Positions 1 to 12,510 of a stretch of 64,000 bases of DNA are shown one piece after another. Source of the DNA: Hydrolagus colliei. Taxonomy: Eukaryota. Both the position numbers and the translations under genes were made by a program. Numbering within the stretch: position 1 is the stretch's first letter; the number at the start of each line of letters is the position of its first letter. The notes beneath the pieces are model-generated. The model was not told the origin of the DNA. It ran no database searches and saw only the letters and a program-made list of their open reading frames with translations. The stretch spans positions 4,960,001 to 5,024,000 of the forward strand of contig CM068757.1 of assembly GCA_035084275.1 (NCBI GenBank), written 5' to 3'.

Positions 1-1845
1 ATGCTGCCGAGACGTGGGCCAGTCAAATATATGTTTCACTGGTCAAAGGTGAACAACACTGGTGGACATGTTTGGTGATGGTACATTTCCAATTTATTGA
101 TGGTTTACATGTGGCCAATAAATCCATCTCTCTATGGCAATTGCAAACAATTCCCTTGAGGTGTTCTGCAAACAACTCACTTTCAGCCCATGGAACAGTC
201 TGTGGTATGAAGGAGATCATCCAGTCACACCTTGGCTTCGCTGTGCGCAAAACAGGTGTTTTTATATTTCTCGTTCAAATGTAGATCATCCCCCCAATAA
301 TGCAACTTACCTTTAACTGAATAATGATTTCATTTGAATGCTAATCCTTGTTTCTCAACTTTTCACGGTAGTTTTGAAATGCATTTTCAAAGTACCTCAA
401 AGTAATTTCACATTACTGCCAAACTTCCAGCAAATACAATCTGCCAGAATGTCTAATTGTTGTAGCCAACAACAATGCTGTAATTTAGTATAATGGAGAG
501 CTGAATGTATTGCGTAATTCAGAATAATAATAAATCTATACAACAGCTTGTCCTTGCCTTCTATGGGCAACTGCAGATTGGCTGTTCTCCAGATATACTG
601 TTTTGAAAGAGAATGACTTGAAAAAGTGTTGTGTGCAATTAAATTTCTTCTTTGAACAATAATTGCCAATTGTTAAGTGATGACTCTATAACGTGATTTT
701 AAAAACAAACGTTTGTTCTCATTGTGTTTATGTACATTGGTACAAAACTTTTTTTTAATATCAGCAAGTGCAATGCCAGAATAGCTTTCAATGGCAGCAC
801 ATAAACCCAATTTTTCAATACTTTAAAGTGTCACCGTGCAATACTTGATTGTCTGGGCTGCTCGCCAGGGGAAATGGCAGAAGTTGCCAAACAGGAGACG
901 AAAACATCAAATATTGATCTTTACTGTCACTGTATTACTCTGCTGGAATCTCAAAATATTACTTATAGTTGAAATTATGATGTACAGCTTGATTTCTCTT
1001 TGGCCATGTCATGTCAATAGTTATTGTTATAGAGTATTGCTTCAGGGTATTGGAGATGAGTGTTTGGTTTATACACAAAAAATATTAACAATAAACAGCA
1101 TATAGTTTGGTCCTGAAAATAAATTTAAACAGAACTGCAGATTTTTGAAGGCGCAAAACACTATGTAAACATTAATTTATTTGTGCTGATATTCTAACAT
1201 GTTCTATCTTTATAATCAACAAATTCCCATGATTTTGAAAGGCTGGGTACAGCTACATTAAGAATTAATTGAAACAACTAATTTTTCAGCCATTCAACCA
1301 TCTCATATTAACATGAGAATTCACTCGCAAGTAGATTATTGCTCAATTTGAACATCACAGTGTGCCTCTTCACATTGAAATTAAAAGCGAGCTGCAGTAT
1401 AAAAAAATACAGTTAAATGTTGGTACCGAAAACACTTAATGATCATCGGGATTACCCTGTGATGTTCTAACATATATTAAAAAAATCAGTAATAACTTGG
1501 ATTTATAATATGGCCTTCACGATGGATGCAGTTTGGGAGCAAAATCGGGCAGAATTTTACTTCTCATGAATAATAATTGAAACAAAACCTGGAATTATAG
1601 TATGCTTACAATTACTGGATTTATACAAAATTTTACAGTAAAAAGCACGGGTTTAAGATGAAAGTACTTCCAATTCTGGAATGTCTATTCTCCTTTTTTT
1701 AATAAGAAAATATATCTTCAAAAGATTGTAATTTAAGAGAAGATAATGAGGATTAGCTGTTTGTCTAAAACCAAATTAGAGGTCATTTATAATTTTGGTT
1801 GGCAGCAATATCACCAGCTGTAGACCACATAGTAGCATTTTAGAT

Positions 1846-1966
1846 AAAGCTCACAGAATATACTGTAAAGTGAATTGATTGTATATTTGTGGGAAAAACG
1901 TGGCAGCCAATTGCGCACAGCAGTGTCCCATAAACAGTCGTGGGTTGAAATGACCAAATTATTATT
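1846..1966 (-). mobile_element. Deu-domain SINE, core/3' fragment
   Basis: Contains tcacagaatatactgtaaagtgaattga and ggcagccaattgcgcacagcagtgtccca, the reverse complement of the core in the full copies at 34369 and 43193. Confidence 0.85.
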
Positions 1967-2011
1967 GTATTTTATTTATGTTTGAGATGGAGTTTGTGAC
2001 TAAGGAAGGTT

Positions 2012-2082
2012 ATAATAATCATAATATTCATAATCCTTGCATTTGATATAGAGCCTTTTCACAGCTTCAAGACGTCTCAAAT
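2012..2082 (-). mobile_element. SINE 3' tail fragment
   Basis: taatccttgcatttgatatagagccttttcac...gacgtctcaaa matches the reverse-complemented SINE tail. Confidence 0.75.
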
Positions 2083-2220
2083 GTCTTGAAGCTAGATTGA
2101 CTATAAAACGGAATAAGGACAATATACTGGCAAGTTTAAGGTGCATTACAGCTACAGGTGCAAGCAGATTATGAAAACATAGGACTGTATTAAAGTTTGC
2201 CAGTATTAAAATATGATACT

Positions 2221-2447
2221 GTACAGTTACCCCAAGTTACCCTTCTTGCCTATGTGGGTTATTTTGTGAGTTATTTTGTGTGTTTTATGTCTTATTTAGT
2301 GGGTTTAAGGTCCGAAAACTTTGTGAAAAGAATGCATCTCAGATTATATAATGGGATCGCATGGGAAACCGCGTTTCGATTTAGGACGTTTCGATCTGAG
2401 AACCGTTTTTCAGGAACGCAACCCCTTCCTAAATAGAGGTTTACCTC
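2221..2447. mobile_element. Tigger/pogo-like (Tc1-mariner) non-autonomous DNA transposon remnant
   Basis: Right end gtttcgatttaggacgtttcgatctgagaaccgtttttcaggaacgcaaccccttcctaaatagaggtttacct resembles Tigger-type subterminal and TIR sequence (recalled). Possible degenerate left end tacagttacccc at ~2222. Locally CpG-rich. Confidence 0.5.
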
Positions 2448-5068
2448 GGTGGTTTGAGGGGCTCGAAAGTACATTTTGTGTTCTTAAATAATCACACTTA
2501 TTTAGTCTTACTTGGACAAGTGAAACTAAATAATCCAAAAATCCAATGAATTTGTTAATCATGTAAGAGATACTCAATAAAATGACTTGGCTACAAAAGC
2601 AGTCATGACCATTTTTGATTATATTTTGTTTGTTAAACCCAGCAAAAATAAACAGAACAAGAAGGAAAATTAGATGTTATTCTATTGGATATAATAAGAT
2701 AATTCATAGGTTCATAGCAATTACATTGTAGCATTGGTTTTAGTTTCTATGTGTATCCAACATTTTGTGTTTTACAATATATTTCCATGAGATTGTATAA
2801 AAAAACTCGAATCAACTGGATAGAGAAATTCTCTGTTTTTAAGTGGCAAAAAATGTTTGTTCAGTCAATACATTTTGGCCGATATTGATTTTAGGTGCTG
2901 TACTTGTGCGAAATGAATCGATTAATAAAAACTCTTTTACATTTGCAGCACAGGTTGCTGTTATTATCCCTCTGTTCCAAAAGAAATCAGGGTACTGATG
3001 GAAGGTCATTCAACAACCTGACAATATGAGATCATTGCCAAAGTCTCCATTGTCTTAAAACTTAAATACAACTCCCTTCCCCACCACTACACAAATTTAA
3101 CTCGGAAGAAAGTCTTAGAGTACATTTTTCTATTAACATACAACACATTTTTGCAAAAGGGATCAAGGACAGACTGTTGAAGCAAGGAATATTGTCTGAC
3201 AGTTTGAGACAATATGATCCTGAAAAGAATGAGGTGACAAAAGAAAAGTAACTTGTCAGATTTCTTATATTCCAGAGTTTCCCCCGTTAGAATCGGCCTG
3301 TTGCAGGCTATAAATCAATGAGATGAACTGAAATTTCAGACCACTAGACCCCAGTGATGAAAGATTCATAGCCTTAAGATATTAATCCATGTGCACTTTT
3401 CCCAATTGTAATTTCTAATCTGTCAATTAACCCTCGCTAGAATGCGGTTTACCCTTTAAAATGCCACTCGCGATTTTGGGTTAGATTTTAGATTCTGAGC
3501 TCCAGTCTGTCAGGACTGCAGTCAATCGTTGAAAAGAACATCTCAATCATTACACTTCAGAGTGAGTTAATCTGTCATAAGAAGAAAGACAATAAACAGG
3601 TTTATATTAGATCAGAAAAAAATATGTCTATGTGTGGTAGGTGCTACTCATCCATTCGCTTCTCTTTCCTGTGTGCATTGTTTCCTCTGAAGTATATTGA
3701 TGCCCTTTTGTTTCAACCACAGATTTCTGGCAGTCAATTTCAACATGCAACATCCTCTTTGTAAAGATTGGTACTGTTCAGCTGTGCCACAAAAATCAGT
3801 AACACACATTTATCCAATCCCTTGCCGTGTAATACCTCCCCCATCCCCAAACTCACTCATCCATTTAGTTTTGGAATAATCTTCAGTCTCATAGTATCAG
3901 GATAGGCCATCAGATAACAAACACCACAGTGATAGCTGGAGAGACTGAATTATACCTCACTGTGATGTTATCTCACAAGAGATACTCTATAATCCCCGAA
4001 GCAGCCACAGATGCCAATGTCTAATTTTGAACATAAATCTATGGTGGAATCTCTGCTTCTGAGTTTATTACTCACCAGAACCAGTCTAATGCTTTTAATC
4101 CCTCAGCTCAGCCACTCCAAGCATTTGATATGAATTGGAACTGGAGTGTGCACAGTATAGGAGTTGCTGATCCTTTTTTCACTGTGACGATATGAACCAT
4201 TGCAGCCACTTTTAGCTTGTGAGCTGTTTACTTTAAAGCAAGTGATGTGGGTGGTTGGATATCTGTCGCATTCATGAGTCTGGCTGACATGCATCTCCAG
4301 GAATTACATGTTGCTCAGTGGAGAAGTGAAAAATTAGCAACAGAAATAACACACCATATACCTCCCAGTTCAACTGGGTTGAATTCCTCTGCTTTCCACG
4401 TATTCCAGCCTTACTGTACTCAGATAATTTTTACAACAGCTTTGAGATTCCATGTGAAAGGCAATAAAATAGGGATTCCAACTTCCAGTGTTACCAGATT
4501 TTTTTGGTTGGAAAAAATGCTCATTTATAGACAAGACAGCGCAAAGCAATTAATTGGCATAAACTGATAAAATGCCTGGAATTTGGTACGTTTTAGAATA
4601 ATAACAACAATCTATCTCGATAAAATCCAAATCATTGTCAAGGTCAGTTACTAATAGCTCTTTAACGTGTTTCCCCTTCTATGAGTTGCCAGATTCACTT
4701 TCTGTTTTTTTCTGCTTTATTAAACACGCAAGCTCTGAGGTAATTGAGCGACCATTCAAATATTTGTTGTAATTTTTTCATGCATATTACACTGAATATT
4801 CGCTGCACGACTATCAGAGGTGAAAATGGGTTTCTGTGTAAAGGGTTCAATGAGATTAGACAATGAGGTTTCCTCATCGCTGTCTATCCCAAGTAACTGG
4901 GAACGCATTTGAAGTGCATACAATAGCAGCGGGGAGGTCTGCAAAGGAGAATGGGGAATATGTAATTTTTTCATGTAGTAACAAAGGCAACCTGTGAGCT
5001 ACTTATTTTGCTTCACCACAGTCCACGGTGCAGCAAATTTGACTTTGTTGCTTCTCCACTCCTTAAAA

Positions 5069-5132
5069 GAACAACAACAGCTTGCATTTATACAACACCT
5101 TTCACACCGGATGGTGTCTTGATCGCTTCACA
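5069..5132 (-). mobile_element. Diverged L2/SINE-type 3' tail
   Basis: aacaacaacagcttgcatttatacaacacctttcac...cgcttcaca. Confidence 0.6.
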
Positions 5133-5528
5133 TAGAATTGAAGGGGTTCAGAGGTCTCTCGGCATGTAGACCATTTAATCCCAGTTGATGGTTTTGAGTA
5201 GATGGTAGCATAAAAGGTCAGTAAGATCCTTACTCAACAACACTTTGTTTCTGTTCCATGCTCAAGATCGATTTCCTTTCTGACAGAAAGGTAATGTCCA
5301 AAATGTAAATTAACCACTCAACGAAGAACTTGCTCTGAAAATGATGTTGTTTCCTAAACTTATAATTGGGCCGTTCTGTTCACAAACACACAATACTTGC
5401 AAGCACACAAGTGGAACACAGTAAAGTAAACCCTGTCTTACCAGACTTCGGGTATCCAGAATTGTACTGGGATTTTCCAGACCTGAACCAGAAACATTTA
5501 CACTTAGCTGGATCTCACACCATGCGAA

Positions 5529-5560
5529 CCCCCCCCCCCCCCCCCCCCACCCCGCCCCCC
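5529..5560. repeat. Poly-C tract
   Basis: C20 followed by a-cccc-g-cccccc, seen directly. Confidence 0.95.
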
Positions 5561-6598
5561 GATCTGTTTAGTATATCTAAGATTTTAGTTTTAAACATTT
5601 TGATATATCTTTCTTCTCCCACAAAATGGACTGAGCTTTCAATGGTTTTGCTCATCAGAATATCATCCGAAACCAAATTTATCTCCTTCTCCATTTTATT
5701 CATTGCCTTACTGAGGACTTTAAGAAACCTTTTTCCAGCATAACTTCTGGAAGAACCAATTGTGTGAAGCTTTCTGTATAGTCCCTGAAATTTAAAGATC
5801 CTCCTCTGCGAGATTAATGCAAAGGCAAATCCAAGTTATTATTCCACCTTTGGAGATTAGGATCAGCTTCAACAAACCTCAAGAATGAGGAATGTAAATC
5901 TTTAAAACTCAATTTAATTCACCAGTACAATGTGTATAATTATCTCCATGATGAACTGATCCTACAGTGACAATTACATCAGATTGATTTTGACAGTAAT
6001 CCCCCCACCCACATTAATCTGGCAGCCAATGTATGTTATCACTTTTCACTGAACTTAGAGGTTTCATTTCCAGTGCCTTTGCTCAGATATTGGAATGTTT
6101 TAACTAGCATTACAAGGTCTTAGTCATGCATTGTGGCAGCATTAAGAGTAATCCCACATTTCTATTTAGTTTATCTGATGTAAGTAATGCAATTTTGAAG
6201 TATAAATTAAATTAGATGAAACAGCAGTCTGGGAAGTTATGCTGATACTGATATCATTATATTGCATTGATTTGATGAGAACGTTGTGGCAAGCCTATGT
6301 TTGCATTTTGTAGCTAAGGCCGACTATAAAAAGTATATAATTGATTTTGCGAACATGCCATTGTAAGCATTTGCATTCTTCCAGTCTGACCATCCTTCCC
6401 TTCCACCCCTCAGCACCCACCTCTCGGATCTCCATCTAACCTTCCAACCCTCAGAAGGTCTAGAAAGTCTGGTTGTTTTTCAATGGCACCTGATCATTTG
6501 GCTCATCGCTCTCAGTTTTGGTAGAGCACAGTTTTGCCTAGCCACTCAATCGGGATCAGTTGCAGAGAGCAATCTGTGACTGGAACACATTACCAGGA

Positions 6599-6656
6599 AC
6601 AACAACAACAACAACAAAATTAAATTTCTTGAGCACCTTTCACGTCGGGAGGATGT
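6599..6656 (-). mobile_element. L2 LINE 3' end with (AAC)n tail
   Basis: (aac)n aaaattaaatttcttgagcacctttcacgtcgggaggatgt. Confidence 0.85.
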
Positions 6657-6732
6657 GAAAGCAAATGTGGTGGAGGTCAAGACAATGGACTCGTTTAAAA
6701 AGAGCAACTTGATGGGCTGAAGGCCTTCTGGA
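6657..6732 (+). mobile_element. CR1 LINE 3' fragment abutting the L2 tail
   Basis: Translates VVEVKTMDSFKK (CR1 ORF2 end, VVEA.T...FK), then gatgggctgaaggcctt, like the CR1 3' UTR. Confidence 0.55.
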
Positions 6733-7313
6733 TTCAAATGAGTCTCGTAAGGAATTCACATGAACACAGGTTGGGATTGAAAACCAGGTTGGGGATGTTG
6801 ATTCAGCTTGTACTTTCTTTGGGAAACTGCTGCACACATTTAGTCTAGCTAACCATTCCAGGTCAATAATGTCTGAAATTCCTAGCAAGTTAGTTTGGAA
6901 AAAATACTGCATCTGAGGATCTCTCGTGTGAAAGGTGTTTCATGGTAAAGTTACGTCCTGGTAAACTGTGTCATGATGCAGTTTTTAATAAATATTTAAT
7001 AAATATTGTCTTATAATGTCATTGATCTGGAATGTAATAGATAGCGGTTTAGGTGTCAGCTACAAGGCAGTGATTCAATTGAGCAGTTCTGATGGACATC
7101 GCAACCCTCGGGATCAAAACGCAAGAGACATGAAAATGTTAGCAAAACCCAAAAGGCCAGTTTAAAGCTTAAACGCAAATGCCAGTTATTTGTCACTCTT
7201 TTAATAATCTTCAAATGTCACTTTATAAAGGATGGCTACAAGGTTAATGCAGATTTAATGACTGTAACGCTTGCTCTTGTGGTTTATGACCTTTGTGAGA
7301 GACTATTGATATA

Positions 7314-7398
7314 CGTTTTAATTACAACTTTCATAACTCCACCACCCAACAATTGCTCTGTAAGTAAAGCTTATTATCATAAACTAATGATCGGGATA
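7314..7398 (+). repeat. Local direct duplicate, copy A (partner 9112-9204)
   Basis: cgttttaattacaacttt...tgctctgtaagtaaagcttatta.cataaactaatgatcgggata occurs twice. Confidence 0.95.
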
Positions 7399-8118
7399 CT
7401 TTTCACAGACAGAGGGTCTTAAACTGTTATCAATTTAATGAATATTCCAGTATACATAATCCAATATGTATTGAATTAAAATCTATCTTTCAGTTGGAAG
7501 AATTACATGAGGAAGTGAACCATGACTGATAAAACGTTCTCCCCCTACAAAGCCATACTGCAGGTTGTCCCATTATAACATAGACCTTCAGGTCAAATGT
7601 CCCAAGGAACTTTATTGCCTGTCCTTTTAATCAATTTTATCTAATTTCTATCTTATACATTTCTATCTTATGCCAGACTGAAAAATGGTAGAAAACCAAA
7701 TAGTGTTTTGTACAAAAAAAAAGCAAAGTAATGAATACGTTATGTGGGAGTGAGTTGAAGCCTATCTTTCAGTTATACAAATTACATTACTTGAGCATTT
7801 TGATAGAATTATAGCTTATCATCCATTCCCGGTGTCTATTGCATCAGCAGTTATTGCCATGTAGCATCTCATGAGGTCTTGTCGCTCTCCCTTATAGATT
7901 TGAAAACTGCATGATGAGAACAGCGGTGTCAAAATGAAAACATTTCCTCTCTCTCAGGCTGCCTTTGTCTCCGATACAGAAGAAGCAGCCATAGCAAGGA
8001 ATGCATTTCAATGGACAGGAGGAGAGATCTTCCTACTTACCAAAGTCACTGTAAGGCTATGAAGAAAAAAAAGATAGTGAAATGGCTTTCGATATGCAAT
8101 TTTTCTAATATCATATAT

Positions 8119-8136
8119 ACACACACACACACACAC
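8119..8136. repeat. (AC)n microsatellite
   Basis: Direct read. Confidence 0.95.
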
Positions 8137-8720
8137 AAAACATTCGACTTTGTGAAAGTCTTCTTGATTGAAAAATGTCACTTGACAAGAGTGTGATTTG
8201 TCAAACAGTATGACTTGTGATGTGTTATGATGTTGATGGGAGAGGTACAATAAAATCGGGATTTGGATTTGCATAGTTATTTTATGCTGTCCTTTCCTTC
8301 CACCACTACCCACCCACCCCTTATCAACAGAATTCATTCACATGAAAGGAAAACTATATAGTGTAATCAAACAAGTCTTTTCATACCTAAACAATAAAAA
8401 GCATGTTTATGCAATTAGTTACTCTTGCTGAATGGAATTGCAAAGCTGTTAGAGGCCAGCGAGCAGCATAATCAGGCCTTGGTAGCCACCTCTGATGGTT
8501 TATATAACACTAACAATAATAACCAACCCAGGAGAGCACATAAGGCAGCATCACGCCAAGCACATACATATTCAAATACACCCCCACATTCAGTCACAAA
8601 AAGCCCTTGCCAAAGAATGCCAGGAACATTGATGAGCATAAAGCAGTTTTGAAGCCACTTAGATTATTGCTTCTGTAGAATACAATATTTTGAAAAGAAG
8701 GCTTTACAGCTCTTGTATTT

Positions 8721-8756
8721 TATATATATATATATCTATATATATCTATATATATA
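8721..8756. repeat. (TA)n microsatellite, interrupted
   Basis: Direct read. Confidence 0.95.
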
Positions 8757-8830
8757 ATAGCAATAGGAGTTATCAGGGTCAGCGTTATGTGATATTGATG
8801 ATTTTCCCCCCTGGATCCCATTCAGTGAAT

Positions 8831-9035
8831 CAACAACAGCAACAAAATTTTACTTGCAAAGCGCTTTTCACATCAGGAGGACGTCCCAAGGTGCGACAGT
8901 CATTTGTTTCAGATCCAAGCTGGGGACGGGGACGGGGAGAGTGGAGAGAAATGGGGGGATTTGGGGTGACCGATGGGACCGTCAAAGAGGAGGTTCTTGA
9001 AGCGGGACTTGAAGGAGGCCAGAGGATCAAAGAGT
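8831..9035 (-). mobile_element. L2 LINE 3' end (~200 bp)
   Basis: (caa)n tail, cacatcaggaggacgtcccaaggtgc, then a purine-rich 3' UTR matching the reverse complement of 49272-49587. Confidence 0.85.
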
Positions 9036-9111
9036 GAATACATTAGCATTTATAAGACTGAATGCGGATTTCACAATTACTCAACTCAACTCCATTGTAT
9101 TTAAAGACATG

Positions 9112-9204
9112 CGTTTTAATTACAACTTTTATGACTCCAACACTCCACCAACCAACATTTGCTCTGTAAGTAAAGCTTATTACCATAAACTAATGATCGG
9201 GATA
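9112..9204 (+). repeat. Local direct duplicate, copy B (partner 7314-7398)
   Basis: About 5 substitutions plus an 8-nt internal duplication (actccaac) relative to copy A. Confidence 0.95.
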
Positions 9205-9875
9205 TTTCAGAATCAGGATCAGGATGCTGAATTTCATCATGGACCTGCATGCAGTCTGAAATGTAGCATATAATTTGATTTGGGCATACATGCCATTTGG
9301 GGCCATGGCTTGGCTGCTATTCGTATCCTACTTTTTGTTCTTTCCCCAAGACATGCACGCCACCAGCCAAAGGTCACCCACTTCTGGGTCTCTGCCAAGC
9401 AACTTGCATCAGCTCAAAGTCCAGATGTGCATCTTTAACCCACAGTCTGAATACCCAGAGGCAAACGTGCTACTGAATGAGCCAGGAATTTACACTTCAG
9501 GCACAGAACTGCAATGACACCCCAAAGCAAAATGCTGCTTCGAGCAATAGATTCCTAAACCCATGCCAGGTATTGGCATGAAGGGGCTGAAAATGCTCTA
9601 TCAGTATCTCACAGCCCAGTTTGCATTTCTAATAATATACATGTGCCCTGAACAAAGAAAACTAATCTGTTGAATGAAAGACCAGCTGCGTATTGAACAA
9701 ATGGAAGCCCTTATAGCCGATAGACTGCCAGTATATTAATGTGTATGCAGTCAGAAAGACCCAAAGCTCTCTGTAAATCAGCAATCCTAAATGTTTCTCT
9801 CACCAATCTAGTGATATCTCACAGATATAATCTGTAAGATTCCCAAAGAGTTATCTGCTGCCTTCCAGACGAGTC

Positions 9876-9945
9876 AATAATAATCATATTCCTTGCGTTT
9901 GATGTATCACCTTATCATGACTTCTAGATGTCTCAAAGCGCTTCA
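9876..9945 (-). mobile_element. SINE 3' tail fragment
   Basis: aataataatc..ttccttgcgtttgatgtatcaccttatcatgacttctagatgtctcaaagcgcttca. Confidence 0.75.
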
Positions 9946-10629
9946 ATATCAGAAATGTTTTGTTCCCTCACCAGCAAAAAATATGCACCAGATAAGTGAC
10001 AAAGAGCCAAACCAAGTTAGTCTTTCACGAGCATAAATGGTGCAGTTATTTATTTCCACCTTCTCCCTGCTGGGTAACAAGCCTCCTATTTTATCAAAGG
10101 ACTTGCATCTGACTGCCTGCATGTCTTATGCAATTCTCATCTGTTAAAGTGATGAAAAAATATCAGCCTTATAATTGAATTCTACTGGGCGCAGGAACTG
10201 AATCAGGGCAGAGGTACATATAAGCTGTACAAGAAGACATTCAGTTAACATTAAATTCAGATCAAGAATATCCAATCTCACCCTGACACTGGAGCTTCAG
10301 TGACGGAGAACCAGATACCACGACTGCACAATTTGTGGGCTAATTAGTTGCTTCAACTGACAGGTAAGATCACTTGAATTTTTGAAATGGCTCCAATCAG
10401 AATGAATTGAAAGCTGCAGCAAGGAGTAAGTTGCTACCAGAGTCAAAATTTCCTTTGTGTGCTGTGTAGTGCAGACATGATCCTTTTCAGTGAAAGACTC
10501 CAGCTCTGTCTTGCAGGAGATGATCTTGGCAAGAGCAGGTGGGAAAATCCAAGCTGATCACAGACACAAAATTGAGTTGACGCAGTCCATTTTTAATTAT
10601 GATTTAATGAATGATTCCTCAAGCACATC

Positions 10630-10780
10630 GCAGAACATTACAGCGCACAAGCGAGACGTTCCACCCAACTTACCTGTGCTGGTGTTACAGGAGCCTCCAC
10701 CCTTCCTAATCCCTTGTCCCATATGCCTCTATTCTCTCCGTGTCTCTCTCCCACAAGTATGCAGCGAGTTTTCTCATTAT
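10630..10780 (-). mobile_element. Degenerate CR1 3' end
   Basis: agaacattacagcgcacaagcgagacgttccaccca...cctgtgctgg resembles the reversed CR1 tail at 57432. Confidence 0.45.
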
Positions 10781-11962
10781 TCACTTTCATGAGCACAAAA
10801 ATACCACCATGAAATTATTTGATAAAAGCAAATGATTTCATGGTGTTGGTGGGAGAACCTTTGCAGAATAGCTTGGGACGTGTCAGCCACTTTGATGTTC
10901 TCAAAGTCCAAGTCCAATGCAGCGTACCAGGTTTATTCAGCACCAGATACTTAATTCAGGACCTCGTGTGAGGGGCCTTGGGCAAATAGACTTGTCCATT
11001 GTGAAGCCAACTCTGGCTCCAAGGTGCTCAATGACAGGTCAGTGGAGGCTGGAGCCCTCACTCCCTGCAGTCGTTTCCCACATTTGCCACATATCTACCT
11101 TGGTATTGAGGATTTTAGTATAAATCTACCGCCTCATTTGAATGTGTGAGTGAGTATTTTTTCCCCTCTATTCTGCATCAATTTTATTCTGCTGTGTTTA
11201 AAATTCTAAGTGGCAAGAAAACTCAAAGTGATGTGAGAGTCTCTACGTCTCAAAGGGCTTCAGTTTAGAATCCAGAGCACAAACAGAGAAAGTCTTCAAA
11301 GCAATTACTGGCAAAATGTCTGACTTCTAAATATTTTGCTTTAATTTAAGCTTTTGTTTTCATATGGTTTACAGAGTCCGTGATGATTTCAAACTTCTTT
11401 TTGTCCGTTTAGCATATTTGGCGAAACGTCATTTTAATTGGCTGACTAACAGGACATTTTAAACATGCCAGACTTGAAAGCAACACATCATTATCTCCGT
11501 TACACGTCGGGGTTTCCAGAAAGTTGAATGTGGTGATTCACAAAATATGTCACAATACATTAAGGTAACAGATAGCGCAGTGCATTAGGACACTATTCAG
11601 AAGAAATATCTGCCTCTGGGATCCAGGTTTGACTGTAACAGAGACAGAGGGTTTGAACACATTATGTCCACCTCTGATAATAAGTATTTCAAACATAATA
11701 AGTTCTGGCAGTATCAATTCAATATCAAGCAGATGCAAGGGCAAGCTATTAAACTTTAAACCATGAATTTGATGTTAGGAAGTCTTGCATTTACAAGCCT
11801 CACGAAATGAAGTAAAAAAACATTATAATAACTATGATGATACAAGAGATTTGCTCATTTCCCTAGTGCAGCAAAACTCTAGGACATCAGCTATCCATCA
11901 GAAATAAGATTGACAAGTACCATTTCTTCCTTGCTCTTGACCTTTACCAGAATTATTCTTAT

Positions 11963-12020
11963 GAACAACAACAACAAAATTACATTTATAGAGCGTCAGG
12001 AGGACTTCCCAATGTGCTGT
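11963..12020 (-). mobile_element. L2 3' tail, internally deleted
   Basis: aacaacaacaacaaaattacatttatagagcgtcaggaggacttcccaa. Confidence 0.8.
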
Positions 12021-12162
12021 GATGAAGGAAATGTTATAGGATTAATCAACGTCTTTTATGTCCCTTTTAACTCGGCCGCTACTAATAAGCTATCATACTA
12101 CAGCAATGTCACCATTAACAGTTCAAGATCAGAAGTTTCCATCATTAGATAGCTAAGAGATA

Positions 12163-12222
12163 CAACAACAAAACTGCATGTGTACAGCCACTTTCACGTC
12201 GGGAGGATGTCCCAAAGCGCTG
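12163..12222 (-). mobile_element. L2 3' tail (hairpin-only copy)
   Basis: caacaacaaaactgcatgtgtacagccactttcacgtcgggaggatgtcccaaagcgctg. Confidence 0.85.
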
Positions 12223-12289
12223 GACAATCAGTGTTTCGCACAGGGCACAGGTCAGAATTACCAGCAATTAGGCACCCAGCCTAATATCT

Positions 12290-12510
12290 GCGCTTTTCAT
12301 GTCTTCTAAACATCTTAAAGCACTTCACAGAATATACTGTAAAGTATATTTGTGGATGAAACACAGCAGCCAATTGCGCACAGTAGTGTCCCACAAACAG
12401 TCGTGGATTGAAATGAGCAATTTGTTTTTTGAGGGATCATTATCAGACGTGTGGAGTAAGGAAACTTACCCAAGATTTCGCCCTGACCTTGCAAGCGGGT
12501 CTTCAAACCT
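12290..12510 (-). mobile_element. Deu-domain SINE, internally deleted
   Basis: Tail, core (cagccaattgcgcacagtagtgtcccacaaacagtcgtggattgaaatga) and the head-proximal gtgtggagtaaggaaactt segment. Confidence 0.85.

Noticed and set aside
5366-5786. Proline- and glycine-rich ORFs, and a minus-strand open frame after an acceptor-like site at ~5785
   Set aside because: The P and G runs come from the poly-C tract. The peptide is unrecognised and there is no convincing donor.
10803-10850. miR-29 gene
   Set aside because: The arm order is reversed on both strands and the mature seed context tagcacca is absent.
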